Shown one piece after another: positions 40,255 through 53,800 of a stretch of 64,000 nt of DNA (positions within the stretch are counted from its first letter, which is position 1; the number at the start of each line of letters is the position of its first letter). Location of the stretch: the NCBI RefSeq assembly GCF_009914755.1, contig NC_060928.1, one strand, 5' to 3'. The position numbers and the translations under genes were made by a program. The notes under the pieces are model-generated. The model was given only the letters and a program-made list of their open reading frames with translations, was not told the DNA's origin and ran no database searches. Source of the stretch: the human T2T-CHM13v2.0 reference genome, Homo sapiens.

Positions 40255-41155
40255 ACAGCTTTATTGAGATAAGAGTCACATATCATAGAATTAAGCCATT
40301 TTAAATGTATAATACACGAGAGTTCCAAATTTGCCACCATCTTACCAATATTTGTTATTGCTGTGGTTTTTTTATTTTAGTCATTCCAGCAAGTGTGGAA
40401 TTTTGTTGTGGTTTTCATTTGCATTTCTCTTATGACTAATGATGTTTAATATCTGCTGTTTGGCTTGTTGACCAGTTGTATATTTTCTTCTGAGAAATGT
40501 CTGTTCAATCCTTGTCTCATATTTAAATTTGAAGTCTTTCAGTGTACTCTGGATACTAGTTCCTTATGCAATATATGACCTGCGACTATATTCTATTATG
40601 TTGATTCTCTTTCGATTTTCCTGATGGTGCTCCTTTTAACCAGAGTTTTAACTTTAGTGAAGTCTAACTTTAGTTTTGTTTGTTGCTTATGCTTCTGGTG
40701 TTGAATCTAAGAAACCATTGTCTAACCCAAAGTCATAAAGGCTTATGACTATGTTTATTTCTAAGAGTTTTATATGTTTAGTGCTTATATTTCACCTATG
40801 ATTCATTTTGAATTAGTTTCATTGTGTGAAGTGAGATCAGAATCAAATTCATTCTTTTGAATGTGGATATCCAGTTTTTCTAGCATCATTTGTTGAAAAG
40901 ACTATTATTCTTTTTCCATTAACTAGTCTTGTTGTTCAAAATTGAAAATCAACTGACCACAAATGAGAAGGTTTATTCTTGGACTCTTAAATATTTTATT
41001 GTTTGATATATCTGTTACTTCAGTACTACACTGTCTTAATTACTGTTGCTTTGTAATAACTCTTGAAATTGAGAATTGTATTTTATTCAATGTTCTTAAG
41101 ATTATTCGGGACTATCCCGAGTCTCATGACTTTCATCATAAATTTTAGAATAGTT
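40255..41155 (-). mobile_element. L1MB fragment (3'UTR tip joined to ORF2 3' region)
   Basis: 'cagctttattgagata' terminus followed by 'ttgcatttctcttatgactaatgatg...atgtggatatccagttt..tagcatcatttgttgaaaagact'. Confidence 0.85.
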
Positions 41156-42089
41156 CTCTTAAAGGATCTGCCTTCTACCGTCAGTCAGATGAGAGTCTTA
41201 TGACCCACAAACTTTATTTGCCCTCATTTTGAGTCATTCAGAGAGGTCAATGCAAAACTAAAACTAGTAGCTCATTCTGACATTAATTATTGACTCATAA
41301 TAGATGAGTCAAACTGCCTTTGTGATGAAATTTCCACAGATTAGCTTTGCATTTTGGGGGTAATGATGTAAATGTCTATCTTTTTAAAATCAACATCAGG
41401 ATTTGTCTAAGAGTTTACATTTATAATCTTAGTGCTAGCCACTCCAAGAGGAGAACTTAGAACAGATGAGGGAAACAAGAACTTCCTTCTCTGAACTAAA
41501 ATTGAACTTGATTGCTGGTGTTTCTCCTGAAAATTCTTTGACCTAACAGTTTCTTAAATTGCTTAGAAGCCAAACGTTACCTAAATTCCCTTTTCTCTCA
41601 TGAGCTTTCCAATCCCTTCTTTACTATGCTTTTTCCTGGTTGACTTGTTTAGAATTTTGCCTTTCTTGTTACAGTTGTGATGTTTACCAAAACCTTTTAA
41701 CTTACCTGGAAACTCTGTTCTTCTTTATCCCAACTGCTCCTCTTACTTAAACAGTCGAGTAAAAGCCCATCCTATTACTTAAACATTGGAGTAATACTGA
41801 GTTGGTGGAATTTGCTTGTTTCTTTCCCTAATGACCATAGTTGGTAAAGGATTACCTCCAAGTTATTTGAATACTTTGATATCAGAATTATATATGTTGT
41901 CACTGTTTTTTTTTAATTAAATAAACAACCATTGCTTAAAAAGTGTTTTGGCTCTTAATTCATTAAAAAATAAAAAAATACTTAGTGCAGAATGTATTTT
42001 GGAAGAAACAGAAGTGAGTAATGCTCAATTCTTGTTTTTGGAGTGATCATTCAAGGTTACTGTGTTTTGTCTTTGTTTTTGTTGTTGTT

Positions 42090-42670
42090 TTTTTTAAAGA
42101 ATAACTTTTATTTTAGTTTTGGGAGTACCTTTGAAAGTGTTTTATATAGGTAAACTTGTGTCATGGAAGGTTTGTTGTACAGATTATTTCATCCCCCAGA
42201 TATTAAACCCAGTACCCAAGTTATCTTTCCTGCTCCTCTCCCTCCTTTCACCCTGCACCCCCAAGTAGACCCCAGTGTCTGTTGTTCCCTTCTTTGTGTT
42301 CATGAGTTATCATCATTTAGCTCCTACTTACAAAAAGCATGTGATATTTGGTTTTCTGTTCTTGCGTTAGTTTGCTAAGGATAATAGCCTGCAGCTCCAT
42401 CCATTTTCCCACAAAAGACATGATCTTGCTGTTTTTCATGACTGCATAGTATCCCGTGGTGTATGTGTACCACATTTTCTTTATACAATCTGCCGCTGAT
42501 GGGCATTTCAGTTGATTATATGTCTTTGTTCTTGTCAATAGTGCAGCAATGAACATTTGCGTGCATGTATCTTTATGGTAGAATGATTTATATTCCTCTG
42601 TGTTTATGCCCGGTAATGGGATTGCTGGGTTAAATGGTAGTTCTGCTCATAGCTCTGAGGAATTTCCATG
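42090..42670 (-). mobile_element. L1PA13-16-like 3' fragment
   Basis: 'ggtaaacttgtgtcatgg...gttagtttgctaaggataatagcc'; ORF 42317..42556 is the L1 ORF2 C-terminus. Confidence 0.9.
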
Positions 42671-44339
42671 TTTATGTTTAATTGCTATATTATGCCTAGA
42701 GACTTGATGTTAATGGAGAGATGTGACTATCAGTACAATGTGGGTATATGTGTTATTGATTTAACAGCTGCTTGTTTTCATAGAGATTCATATTGTCCTG
42801 GGAAAGGAATAACAACATAATATTGGAACATAATTAGGTCCCTGTTATTGATTTGGGGCAGTCATGAAGTTGGAAATGATTTACCAGCAAATAGGTTGCA
42901 ATACTACCAGGTGGTGACTTTTTAGTAACCTTGTGATTTGAGTGTATATTTATGGTATAACATGATATTTATAAGCCATTGGGATGATTTTACAGTTATA
43001 ATATTTCTTCTTATAAAACATGTCAACATAAGCACAAAAGAAAGAAGTTATAAAAAATTGTATTAACAGTAACCAAAATTATAAATTATAGTTCTATTTT
43101 ACCCTTCATTTATCTAAGAAATTTATCAAAAGGCTACTATTTGTGAACCTTTCCTCCATGCCAACAAAAAACAGGAAAGGCAAAGATAGAGGCTATATTT
43201 GAGCTATTTAAAATTACAGTGCACTAGGATTGACAGAAGAGGTACACAAAAATGCAAAAGAACACAGTTAAAAATAAATGCCATAAATATGGTTCAGACA
43301 GTTGTTGTTAAAAGAATTCAAATGAGGATAAAGTTCTTAACGGTCATCAATTCATCCAAATCATTTTTTATTCCTTAATTACAGTGCTGTTTTGTAATAT
43401 ACCTTATTTTTTCTTAATAAATTAAAAAATTACTTTTTCTCAGGACTTATTCAAGGCAACCTGGTGTCAAAAATCCATATAAGTGAATTTCCTCATCTGT
43501 CAAGCACTTTCTTCCTTTGAAGAGAGTTTTTTCTTCTTTTCTTGTGAAAATGCCCAATTTAATAAAAAATGTATTTGAATTGCCATCTATAAAGTTTTCC
43601 TCTTGCTTTTTTCCTCCACTCACAAAAACAACTCAGATTTTAATTATATACTTCATTATATACAAACTGAATTAACTATTTGAGTATATTTCCTAGATGA
43701 GAAATGACGATAACAGATGCACCCTTCCCCTCATTGGCTTTCAAATATTTCTTTCAATATTTTTATTGTAAGAATGATACATGCATTTTTGTAATCCTTC
43801 AGTATGCTAGATTTCATTTTACATATTTTATTGATTTTAGTAATGAAATGTTTAATTTCCAGTTTGAACTAATATCAACTTTTAAAAACATTTTTGCAAA
43901 ATAAATAGATAACATAAAAAGTTATATGTTACAGGGCAAGAAAAAGTGGTTTCTCATCTGTCTTCCATAATCTGAGATATCTAGCAAAATAATGCTAATT
44001 TTATTTTTAAAATGAAAATGGAATTGGCACATAATTAGCACTGGTTATCAATTTCTCCTGCAAATTCCTCAGGCTAGGCAGTTGATCAAACGTGATGTTT
44101 TTTCTATATATAATAGCATTTATGTTAGAACCATGCAGAATAATTTCAGATAAAATTTTTGTAACACTTCTAGGGTTAAATGGGCTATGATAAGAAAAAT
44201 AACTTCTGCTGAATACTTAGAACATGGCATACACTGTGATAGTCACGTTGTTAATAAATAACCATAAAACTTCATTCTATTTAATCCAAGGAAAATTTAT
44301 TATCCCCATGACAAAATGTATAGAGTTATTGTAATGCTA

Positions 44340-44800
44340 GCAATGGTCAATCACATGATCAAATGATCACAGGAAGTAACCCAGCCTCTTTCCACCATTT
44401 TCAGCTATTTTTTCTGTAGGCCCACAGCAAGGTGGCTGCAGTAGCTCCACGTATTATATCCAGACACTAACACAAATCCACAAAGAGAACGTAATGTATA
44501 GAGTTTCACTTTTAGAGGAAAAGAAACTTTTCCTTTAACTCTTCTGGAGATTGTCCTCATATAGACTGTCCAGCATTGGATCTTATGTCTAGAGTTAGAC
44601 CAATCATTGACAAGCTAAATGGGAGTGCTGTTGTTTGATTAGACCAATTAGGAAGTACTCCTGAGGTTGGAGGATGGAGACACTCTTTAAAAGCACATTG
44701 TTTTGTGGACGAGTGTAGATATCTGTATAGTATTAGGCTTCAATGAAACAAGGAAAGGTCTATGAGTGAAGGAGGTACGATTACAGATGTGTGCTACAGT
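44340..44800 (-). mobile_element. Old MLT1 (K/L-like) LTR
   Basis: 'caaggtggctgcagtagctcca...gaccaatcattgacaag...ttagaccaat'. Confidence 0.55.
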
Positions 44801-44819
44801 AAATTAGAGTGCTGTAAAT

Positions 44820-44985
44820 TACTTCATTCACCTTCATAGGAGCTCTAAAATGTAAGCGATGTACAAATTAGAAACAGATCTAGAGAGATATGTTTTTCCC
44901 CAGATAACAAAGCTAGAAAATTGTTGGGCCAGAATTAGAAATTTTGGCCAATTCCAAACCTGTGTTTTTTCCACCAAATCATGTG
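44820..44985 (-). mobile_element. MIR fragment
   Basis: 'tacaaattagaaacagatctagagaga...ccagataacaaagctagaaaattg..ggccagaattagaa'. Confidence 0.5.
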
Positions 44986-45752
44986 GTATGCATCTAGAAT
45001 CCCTGACTAACAGCCTGTGAAAACAGTTCCAATATCCACAAAAACAATGATAGAAAATCCTTTATGAGTTAGTTCAAGGTAAAATGTGAAAGTTTGTAAA
45101 GTTTTTCTCCTGTTTTACAGCTCCTCTTTTCCAAGATCACTTTCCATTTAAATTACACTGGAAGGAAAAAATTATGCTAAAGCAAAGCAACTAAACAAAT
45201 GACTCTGTATCTTCTGAGTTTAGATTTTACTTAGAATGCTTTTAGGAGTAACAGAAAGTTTAACACTTTAGGTTGTGTCAGCATAAGAGCCAGTGTTGAA
45301 GATAATATTTTGTATATACTCAATGATAATATTAAGAGTACTTTAGGGATAAGAGGATTAATATCATGCCTTAGTCAAAATAACTAAAGCTGGAGAATAA
45401 CCAAGGATCATGGTTGCTGAATCTTTCTAATTGAAAACAACCTGCCAAGAATGATATTTTCTACTTGGGAGTTTAAAATTATTGGATCTAATTATAAGCA
45501 AAATCTGGATACAAAGACTAAGGGTGAAAGCAGTTTAGTAAAAGTATTTTCTCCTGTAAACTTCAAACCTCAGGAACATACAAGAAATGTAATTTGAAGT
45601 GGGATCTTGGCTGAGGCATTAAATCAAATACAAAACTAAGGATTACATGACAGCTGAATCAGACTGAGGTAGCTTTTATGCTTCCTGTTTCAAAAGTAAG
45701 GAGACTAGTGTGCGTGTGTGTATGTGTGCGCACGTGTGTGTGTGTTACATAG

Positions 45753-46148
45753 TGCTATAATTTAAATGTGCCCCCCAAAGTTCATGTGTTGGAAACTTAG
45801 TGCAACACAAGAACAGTAACCCAAAAGGCAACAGTGTTGAGAGGTGAGACCTTTGAGAGGTGATTAGGATCTGCCCTCATAAATGAATTAATGTCATTAC
45901 TGAGGGAATGGGTTTGTTATCCCCGAAGTGGGCTTGTTATAAGAGTGAGTTTGACTCTTTTTGCTCTCTCGTCCTCACCATGTGATGCCTTCTGCCATAT
46001 TATAATGCAACAGGAAGGCCCCCACAACATGCAACTCCTCAATCTTGAACTTTCCAGACTTCAGAACAATGAACCAATAAATTTCTGTTCTTTATACATT
46101 ACTCAGTTTCAGGTATTGTATTATAATAGCCCAGAATGGATTGAGACA
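45753..46148 (+). mobile_element. MSTC/MSTD-like MaLR solo LTR
   Basis: 'tgctataatttaaatgtgccccccaaagttcatgtgttggaaactta...ccaataaatttctgttctttata...gaatggattgagaca'. Confidence 0.9.
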
Positions 46149-46304
46149 GATATAGTGAGCAATTTTGGTATTTTTCCAAACCATTATCATCTAGACTACA
46201 AGTTCAAACCATAAATACGAGTTTTTCTCTCCTTTTATTTTTCTCCTTGTCAGATAGTCTCTGAGTAGAGGAAATAGATGATGAAGTAGAAAGAGAAGGT
46301 GAAC

Positions 46305-47142
46305 AAAATGCTCAGTATCACTATCATTAGAGAAATGCAAATCAAAACAATGAGACACTGTCTCACACCAGTTAGTACAGCTATTATTAAAAAGTCAAGA
46401 AATAACAGGTATTAGTGGGGTTGCAGAGAAAAGAGAATGCTTATACACTGCTAGTTGGAATGTAAATTAGTTCAGCTGCTGTGGAAAGCAGTTATGAGAT
46501 TTCTCAAAGAACTTAAAAACAGAACTCCCTTTCGACTTAGCAATTCCATTACTGGGCATGTATTACATACTGTGTAAATTTATTTTCAAAGGAATATAAA
46601 TTGTTCTACCAAAAGACACATCCATTCATATGTGAACTGAAGCACTATTCACAGTAGCAAAGACATGGAATCACCCTAAATGCCCATCAACAGTGTTCTG
46701 GGTAAAGCAAATGTAGAATAACTATATAATGGAATACTATTATAGCCATAAAAAAGGAAATCATATCATTTGCAGCAACAAGAATACAGCTGGAGGACAT
46801 TATCCTAAGTGAATTAACAAATGGACACAAAGATGGAAACTCAGATTTTCACTTATAGTAAGTGTGAACATGGTTTTCACTTATAATTGGGAGTTAAGCA
46901 TTGAGTATACGTGGGCACAAAGATGGGAACAAGACACTGGGGCTTACTTGAGGGAAGAAGGTGGGAGAGGGGTAGGGGAGGAAAAATTTCCTATCAGGTG
47001 CTATGCTTTCTACCTGGATGATGAAATCATTTGTACACCAAACCTCAGCAATGTGTGTTACCCATGTAGCAGTGTTGCTAAACCTAAAATAAAAGCTGCA
47101 AAAAAAAAAAAAAAAAAAAAAGAGAAAGAAAAGAGAAAAAAA
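46305..47142 (+). mobile_element. L1PA15-16/L1PB-like 3' fragment with poly(A)
   Basis: 'agagaaatgcaaatcaaaac..gagac' through 'cctaaaataaaag' and an A-tail. Confidence 0.9.
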
Positions 47143-48109
47143 AGCCCATAGCTATCTTTTTCCATGAGAGCTTCAAAGCCTAGTTAAAGGAGAAGGGTGA
47201 ATATTTAAATCTAATGAGAGATTGTAATTCATTTTATATTATCCTGGGTTCTTCAAAACCTTAAAAAGGAGGGTTTTTTCATTCTAGAAAGTGAAAATAA
47301 ATAATATTTGTTATTGTAGACATGGTATTAAGGAACAGAAAAATAAAATACCCACTATCTCAAGAAAAATCAAGCCACGCTATGATTTCACCTCACTGTA
47401 TCCAAATTCTTCAATAAAATGCCTACAAGTATGTTTGGCTTCAGTGAAATAAACTGGTTAAGTAACGTAAAGAATTCTTATATCCAAAGCTGGGCTTTGG
47501 TTTACATAAGCCCAATTCAAGTGTTTTTGTTATATCTGTGGGACAACTCATTAAATAAACTTTAACACCTAATGATGTCTGATGCTAGGAACAGTAAAAA
47601 AAAAAAATAAAATAAATGAGGTATCAAACTTAAAATGTTGTCGCAATTTCTAAAATGTGAATTTAACCTACATTTGCTTTCCATTTTTTCCTCCTTCTGT
47701 TCCTAGTTATCTTTTCTTTTACTTGGGGAAAAATACTTAAGCCCTGAATCCACAAGTTTGAATTAAACTTACTTATTTGAGACATGTGTGGTCAAAGATA
47801 TAATGATCAATGCCACATATTAGTCATAGCTTAAATGGTAGTCCTTAAAGATTTACTCAGCTCATAAAAGGATAAGTCTAGAAACTTTATGCATGTCACA
47901 GATTTACATTATCTAATTTCACATGATGTTTTGAAGGAAATTTTGTGCAGAGAGATTTCTTCAACAAAATTCATTGAGCCCCCCAGACTTCCTGGTTTTT
48001 CCATTGCCTCCCTCAAATGTGTAACAAAAATAGCAGTCAGGATTATGTTGAAGACAAATAAAGCTAATAACTTCATTGATCTTAAAAATATTTACAGTCA
48101 TTTTTTTAT

Positions 48110-48805
48110 GTAGCACCAAATTCAAGCCCCCAATTCGCACAAATTCACACACTCAAGCCTGTGTGGCCTGTCCCTTATGTGGCTTGCCAGCCTTATCAGA
48201 CCTCTTGGTACTCCTTCCTGTTCACTGTGGTTCAGCCACGCTGACTCTCTCTGCTCCATTAACGTACAATGCTTGCTTCTCCTCAGAGCGTTTAAATATA
48301 TTGTTCCATCTGCCTAAAACACTTTTTCCACACTTTACACACTATTTCCAGGACTACTTTATCTTTTGCTTTCATAGAGCATTTGTACTCTGTGTTTATT
48401 TTAGATTCTGCCTCATTACTTAAGACTAAACTTGTTTGATCACACAGAGAAAAAATATGAATTCCCTATAAATATGTATATATTTACATATATTTATACA
48501 TACACCAGTGTTTATATAGGTGTGTGTTTATATATACATATACACACACACTTATGAAGCATAGCAAGAGCAAGAAAGATTTTTAAAAAGGTAATCATCA
48601 AAAATATATGCAAATCAAAATTCTAATATTTTCTTTTCCCATCCCAAAATACTGTGTTTCTCTGGGCAAACTTGTCTCGCTTATGTGGGCTCTGCACTTG
48701 ATTATAAGCAGATTCATTTTTGCTTGCTCACTATTATATTCTTAGTGCTTCCATGTCTCACATAAAGTAGAAACTCAGTAAATGATTGTAGAATGCATGC
48801 ATTAA
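48110..48805 (+). mobile_element. L2 3' region, fragmented
   Basis: 'tcagccacgctgactctct...ttgttccatctgcctaaaacac' and terminus 'gtagaaactcagtaaatgattgtagaatgcatg'. Confidence 0.6.
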
Positions 48806-49194
48806 TAAACAGATTAATGATTCTTTATGCAGAAGCATAACAATAAGAACAAAAGAAATAATATAATGCAAACTTTTAAAATGAGGAATATTTGTATTTG
48901 TTGGTTTTAGTATGTTTTTCCATTAACTCATTTTGTGCTTTTATGGATAGGTCCACATTTTTAGTCCATAAATAGCAGCTGTTAGTGACAGAATTTTCTC
49001 TTTGTGAGGAGGCAAAGATACCTAAATATCTCATTCACTTCACAAAAGCCTGTGTAATGAATGAGGCAATATTTGTCTTCTCTTTTATAAGTTGGTTTTT
49101 ATAATCAAGCAAATCACTGAAGAAACAAAGGCTTTATGTGCAAAGAAACAAAGACTGTGTTAATGCAGGCTGTATCTTTTACTTTTTAAAAATA

Positions 49195-50795
49195 TTTTAT
49201 ATTAATAAGCTTTACTTTAAGAGTAGTCTTAAGAGTAGTTTAAGAGTAGTTTTAGCAAACCTAAGCAGAATGTCGTGAATTCTCATATGCCCTCTTTCCT
49301 CTTGCCCCACACAGAACTTCCATCACTGTCAATATTCCCTACCACAGTGATAAATTGGTTAAAATTGATGAACCTAATTGACACATTATTATACTCAAAT
49401 TCCATAGTTTTACATTAGAGTTCATTCTTGGTGTTGTACATTCTATGGGTTTTACAAATTGTATGATAACATGCAGCCCCATTACAGTATCATATATAGT
49501 GGTTGTGCCATTTTAAAAATTATCTGTGCTCTGTTTACAATAACAAAGACTTGGAACCAACCCAAATGCTCATCAATGACAGACTGGATAAAGAAAATGT
49601 GTCACATATACACCATGGAATACTATGCAGCCATAAAAAAGAATAGGTTTGTGTCTTTTGCAGGGACATGGATGAAGCTGGAAGCCATCATTCTCAGCAA
49701 ACTAACACAGGAACAGAAAACCAAACACCACATGCTCTCACTTATAAGTGGGAGCTGAACAATGAGAACACATGGACACAGAAAGGGGAACATCACAAAC
49801 TACGGCCTATTGGGGGGTGGGAGGCAAGGTGAGGGAGAGCATTAGGACAAATGCCTAATGCATGCGGGGCTTAAAACCTAGATGACAGGTTGATAGATGC
49901 AGCAAATCACCATGGCACACGTATACCTATGTAACAAACCTGCACATTCTGCACATGTATCCCAGAACTTAAAAAAAAAAATTCTCTGTGATTTTCCTAG
50001 CCATCCCTTTCTCCCCCAGACCCCTGATTACCACTGATCTTTTCACTGCCACCACAGTTTTTCCTTTTCCAGAATGTCATATAATTGCAATCATACAATA
50101 TGTCACTTTTAAATAATGGTCTTTTTCACTTAGTAATATATATTTGAGCATCCCCCATGTCTTTTTATGGCTTGAGAGTTCACTTCTTTTTAGTGCTGAA
50201 TAATACTGCATTGACTGAATGTACCAGTTTATTTATCCATTCACCTATTGAAGGACACCTCGGTTGCTTCCAAGTTTGGGTAATTATAAATAAAGCTGTT
50301 ATTAATATCCACATGCAGGTTTCTGTGTGGACATAAGCTTTCAATTCATTAGGGTAAATACTTTGAAATATAATTGCTGGTAAGAATGTGTTTAGTTTTG
50401 TAGGAAACTGCCAAACTGTCTTTCCAAGTGGCTGCATCATTTTTCATTCCCATCAGCAATAAAATGCGAGTTCCTTTTGTTCTACATCCTTGCCAGCGTC
50501 TAGTATTGTCAGTGTTTTTGCTTTTAGTCATTCTGATGTATGCTTACATGATGTCTATATATCTTCTTTAGTAAGGTATCTCTTTCGGGCCTTTACCCAT
50601 TTTCAGTAGACTTTTTCATTTTCTTATTGTTGAGTTTTTAGAGTTTTTTTTATATATTTTGAAAAAGAGTCCTTTTTCAGATGTGTCATTTGTCAATATT
50701 TCCTCCAAGTTTGTGGTTTATTTTCTCATTTGTAGACATTGTCTTTTGGAGAGCAGAAGTTTCCATTTTTAAGGATATCCAGCTTATCAATTATT
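49195..50795 (-). mobile_element. L1MC1-like 3' fragment, interrupted by a younger L1PA
   Basis: 'aattgatgaaccta.ttgacacattatt...ttcttggtgttgtacattctatgggttt' and 'ccactgatcttttcactg...ttccagaatgtcatata'. Confidence 0.88.
49531..49976 (+). mobile_element. L1PA7-10-like 3' fragment with TSD
   Basis: 'gcatgcggggcttaaaacctagatgac...cccagaacttaaa'; TSD aaaaattatctgtgct (49515-49530) / aaaaattctctgtgat (49977-49992) at a TTTT/AAAA site. Confidence 0.94.
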
Positions 50796-52113
50796 TGTAG
50801 GTCTAATTTCTAGGTTTGGGATTATTCTTCAATAAGCTTTAATATTTAAACATACATGATAGGATCAGTGGGAATTCTTTTGTTGATATTCCTGTTTATC
50901 ATTATAATAGTCATTTGTTTTATTAGGTTATCTGTATTCTCCCTTTATAATTAATCTGAGTTACCTCCAAACACGTAACTAGGGTAGTAGGGAGGTCATT
51001 ATGAGTTCTGAAACAAAATTTAAAAGATCACTGCACACCGTACAGCCTCTTAGATAAATAGTTCTTATAAAATATGAATTATAATATCAAACCAGCCAAG
51101 AAAAAAATAAGCATAACTGGCAATACTCATTGTTAGATAAGTATTACATGATATTCTAAAACTTTATTAATTTACCTCAACCAATTACTCACCCATTTTC
51201 TGAAAATAAATTTAATAATATTTTCTCCTTTTTTTGCATTGTTAGAAGTTGTATAGCACTAGTTATAGTGAATGTTGAGAGATCAATGTGAAATGGTAGA
51301 GCAAATTATTTTCACTAGCCTTGATAACTACAAAGCAAAAATGTTATAAATGTGTTGGTAAGGATGGAATTCTGTTATTTAACTCACAGGAGAGCCATTT
51401 ACTATAGATGTATAATATTTTTACATTATATACATTATTTTTGACATACCTTTAAGTCTTAATAACTCTGTTTACTCTAAATTTGTACAAGGTAAAATGA
51501 CCCAATTAAAATTTATCTTTGATTTACAGTGATTTTTAAAGTGGTAGAGTATTTCATCTGAACATTATCTCATGGCTCTTTAGCACTTGAGATCATAGGG
51601 AAGATTTTGTATCTCATTGAATAACGCTTAGCTTTTGATGGTATATATTCTAAACAACCTCCGCTGCTAACTAAAGTCTAGACCATTAGACTAGTTATGC
51701 AAATAAAAAGAGAACTGAGCTAACATGAGAAGAAACATTATCGATTATTTCATTTATTTATGTATGCAGCATTTGGGACAATAAAGTGGAGATAAACATA
51801 CTTGTCAAATTTGTATTGAAATGATTGCAAGTTACAAACGCACATACACACTCATGCAGGCACACAGACACACATTTAATTTACCGTCAGACTAAATGTG
51901 GAAGTAATTTTAAATTTATATACTCCCAAATTTGTATTTCAGTGTCACTGATATTTGACTGACTTAGGGTTTGCTGTAGATTTTTCAGTACTAGACTTGT
52001 TCCCCAAACATTTCATTTCAAGATACAGGTTTCAGGTGAAGTTATATATGTCTTCAAAGCGTAAGTTAAAAATATAAGCAATATTATTGTGTCTTACTAT
52101 TTTAAAATGCTTC

Positions 52114-52740
52114 TGTATTAGTCAAGATTCCACCATGGAAGCAGAACCAGCAGGAGATTTATCTATCTATCTCTACATTCGTCTCTGTCTTTCCATCTAT
52201 CTATCTATTTATCTAACTATCAAAGGATCTGTTACAGGACACTGGCTTGTCCAACTGTGGGACCTAGTTAAGCTGTCTCTGTGAGGCTATTGTCTCCCTC
52301 TCAGATGCTGGGGCTTTAATTCTGCCAGACAAGCAGTCAGGAAAGAAATATCATGAGCAGGGTAAAATCTACAAACATGAGCTTGAACCTCAGCAGAATG
52401 GACTGAACTCCTTGTCCATTCTTACTGCTTAGGACATTGGTGATGAAGGTATCTTGCAGAAGCTGGAGCCTTGGAGCTAAATACACACACTCATCATAGG
52501 AATCAAGATAGCTAAAGAGGAATTTAGGGAAAGATAGAGCAGTTGCAGGCCCAGCTGCTGCTTTACATCCAACACATCAGCAACTACATTTGTGTGCTAG
52601 AGAATGACTGCTGCTTCCCTTCCATTTTCCAAATATCCTAAGAATCTCTTTTGTGGCCTATGCAAAAAAAGAAGCATACAAGAAAGGGAATTCTGGAATA
52701 TTTAGTTCAGCCTATTCAAATTGAGACATTACAAAGACAT
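52114..52740 (-). mobile_element. MLT2E/F-like ERVL LTR with internal (TCTA)n
   Basis: 'tgtattagtcaagattccaccatggaagcagaaccagcaggaga...gggaattctggaatatttagttcagccta..caaattga'. Confidence 0.72.
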
Positions 52741-52989
52741 TAAATATTATTTATTCCTTTTTATTTGGAAATAGCCAACCATCAGGGCTGCTTTCTATAT
52801 ATCTTACTTATATCCCAAAAGGATGACATAGAATTTTTCTGAGTACAGATAACAATAGAAGCAGGAATACAAAAATTCAGAAACAGAAATTATCTTTTAT
52901 GTTTCTTACCTTTCGTCTTATCTCAGATTCTTTATTTCTAGTTTGATTTACCCTAATAACACATATTTTTGGGAGGAAATCCTTGCCTC

Positions 52990-53800
52990 ATCTTTTTATT
53001 TTAAAAATTGTCAAACCTATGAATAGTATAAAGAACAATACAATGAAAACAAGTATTTCCTTTACCTAGATTCATACATGACATGCTTACATCATTATGC
53101 TTTCTCAGATGCACACCTCTGACTGCACACACACATGCACACATGCACACGTACAAGCATGTGCACACACACAATATTTTTTTGTGGTGCTTGATTTGAG
53201 ACTTGAGTTTGTAAAAATAACACTTCACCTGTAAAAACTTCAGCATTTATCTCAAATAAGGAAAGGGCGTTTTGTTATAATGAAATTGTCATCTACATAT
53301 ATTGTATAATAATCAGAACTAAAATATACAGTTATAATTATCACCCACATGAAATTTAACATTATCTAATATTATTAGTTTATATATCATTCTTATTGAA
53401 TATTGCATAATTTTTCCTAAATGTCTTTTATGGGTTTATTTCTGCTACTTTTTTCCTCCACCTAACATTTACTCAAGGATCATTCATTGTGTTTAATCAT
53501 TATGTGCACTTGGTATCTAATATAGAGCTTTCTCTCTGCTTTTTATAAAAGTTCATCATGCAAATTTTTTTAAGAGTTAAGGCTACTTTTGTAAAAGATT
53601 CCTCAATTTTGGCTGGTTGCGGTGGCCTACACCTATCATTCCAGCACTTTGGGGGCTGAGGCGGGAAGATTGCTTAAGGCCAGGAGTTTGAGACCACTTT
53701 GGGCAACATAGTGAGACCCCTGTCCCTACATAGGAAAAAAAAAAAGATTCCTCAGTTTGGGTGTGTCTGATGTCTGCATTATTAAGATATTACATTATAA
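52990..53800 (-). mobile_element. Old L1M (MC5/ME-like) 3' fragment
   Basis: 'aaacctat...cctttacctagattca...cacttcacctgtaaaaacttcagcat.tatctc'. Confidence 0.55.
53611..53741 (+). mobile_element. FLAM_C (free left Alu monomer)
   Basis: Single monomer with A-tail; TSD aaaagattcctcaattt (53593-53609) / aaaagattcctcagttt (53742-53758). Confidence 0.9.

Noticed and set aside
46290-47205. Possible displaced TSD (agagaaggtgaa / ggagaagggtgaa) implying a 3' transduction
   Set aside because: The match is low-complexity and purine-rich, and no second poly(A) precedes the distal copy.
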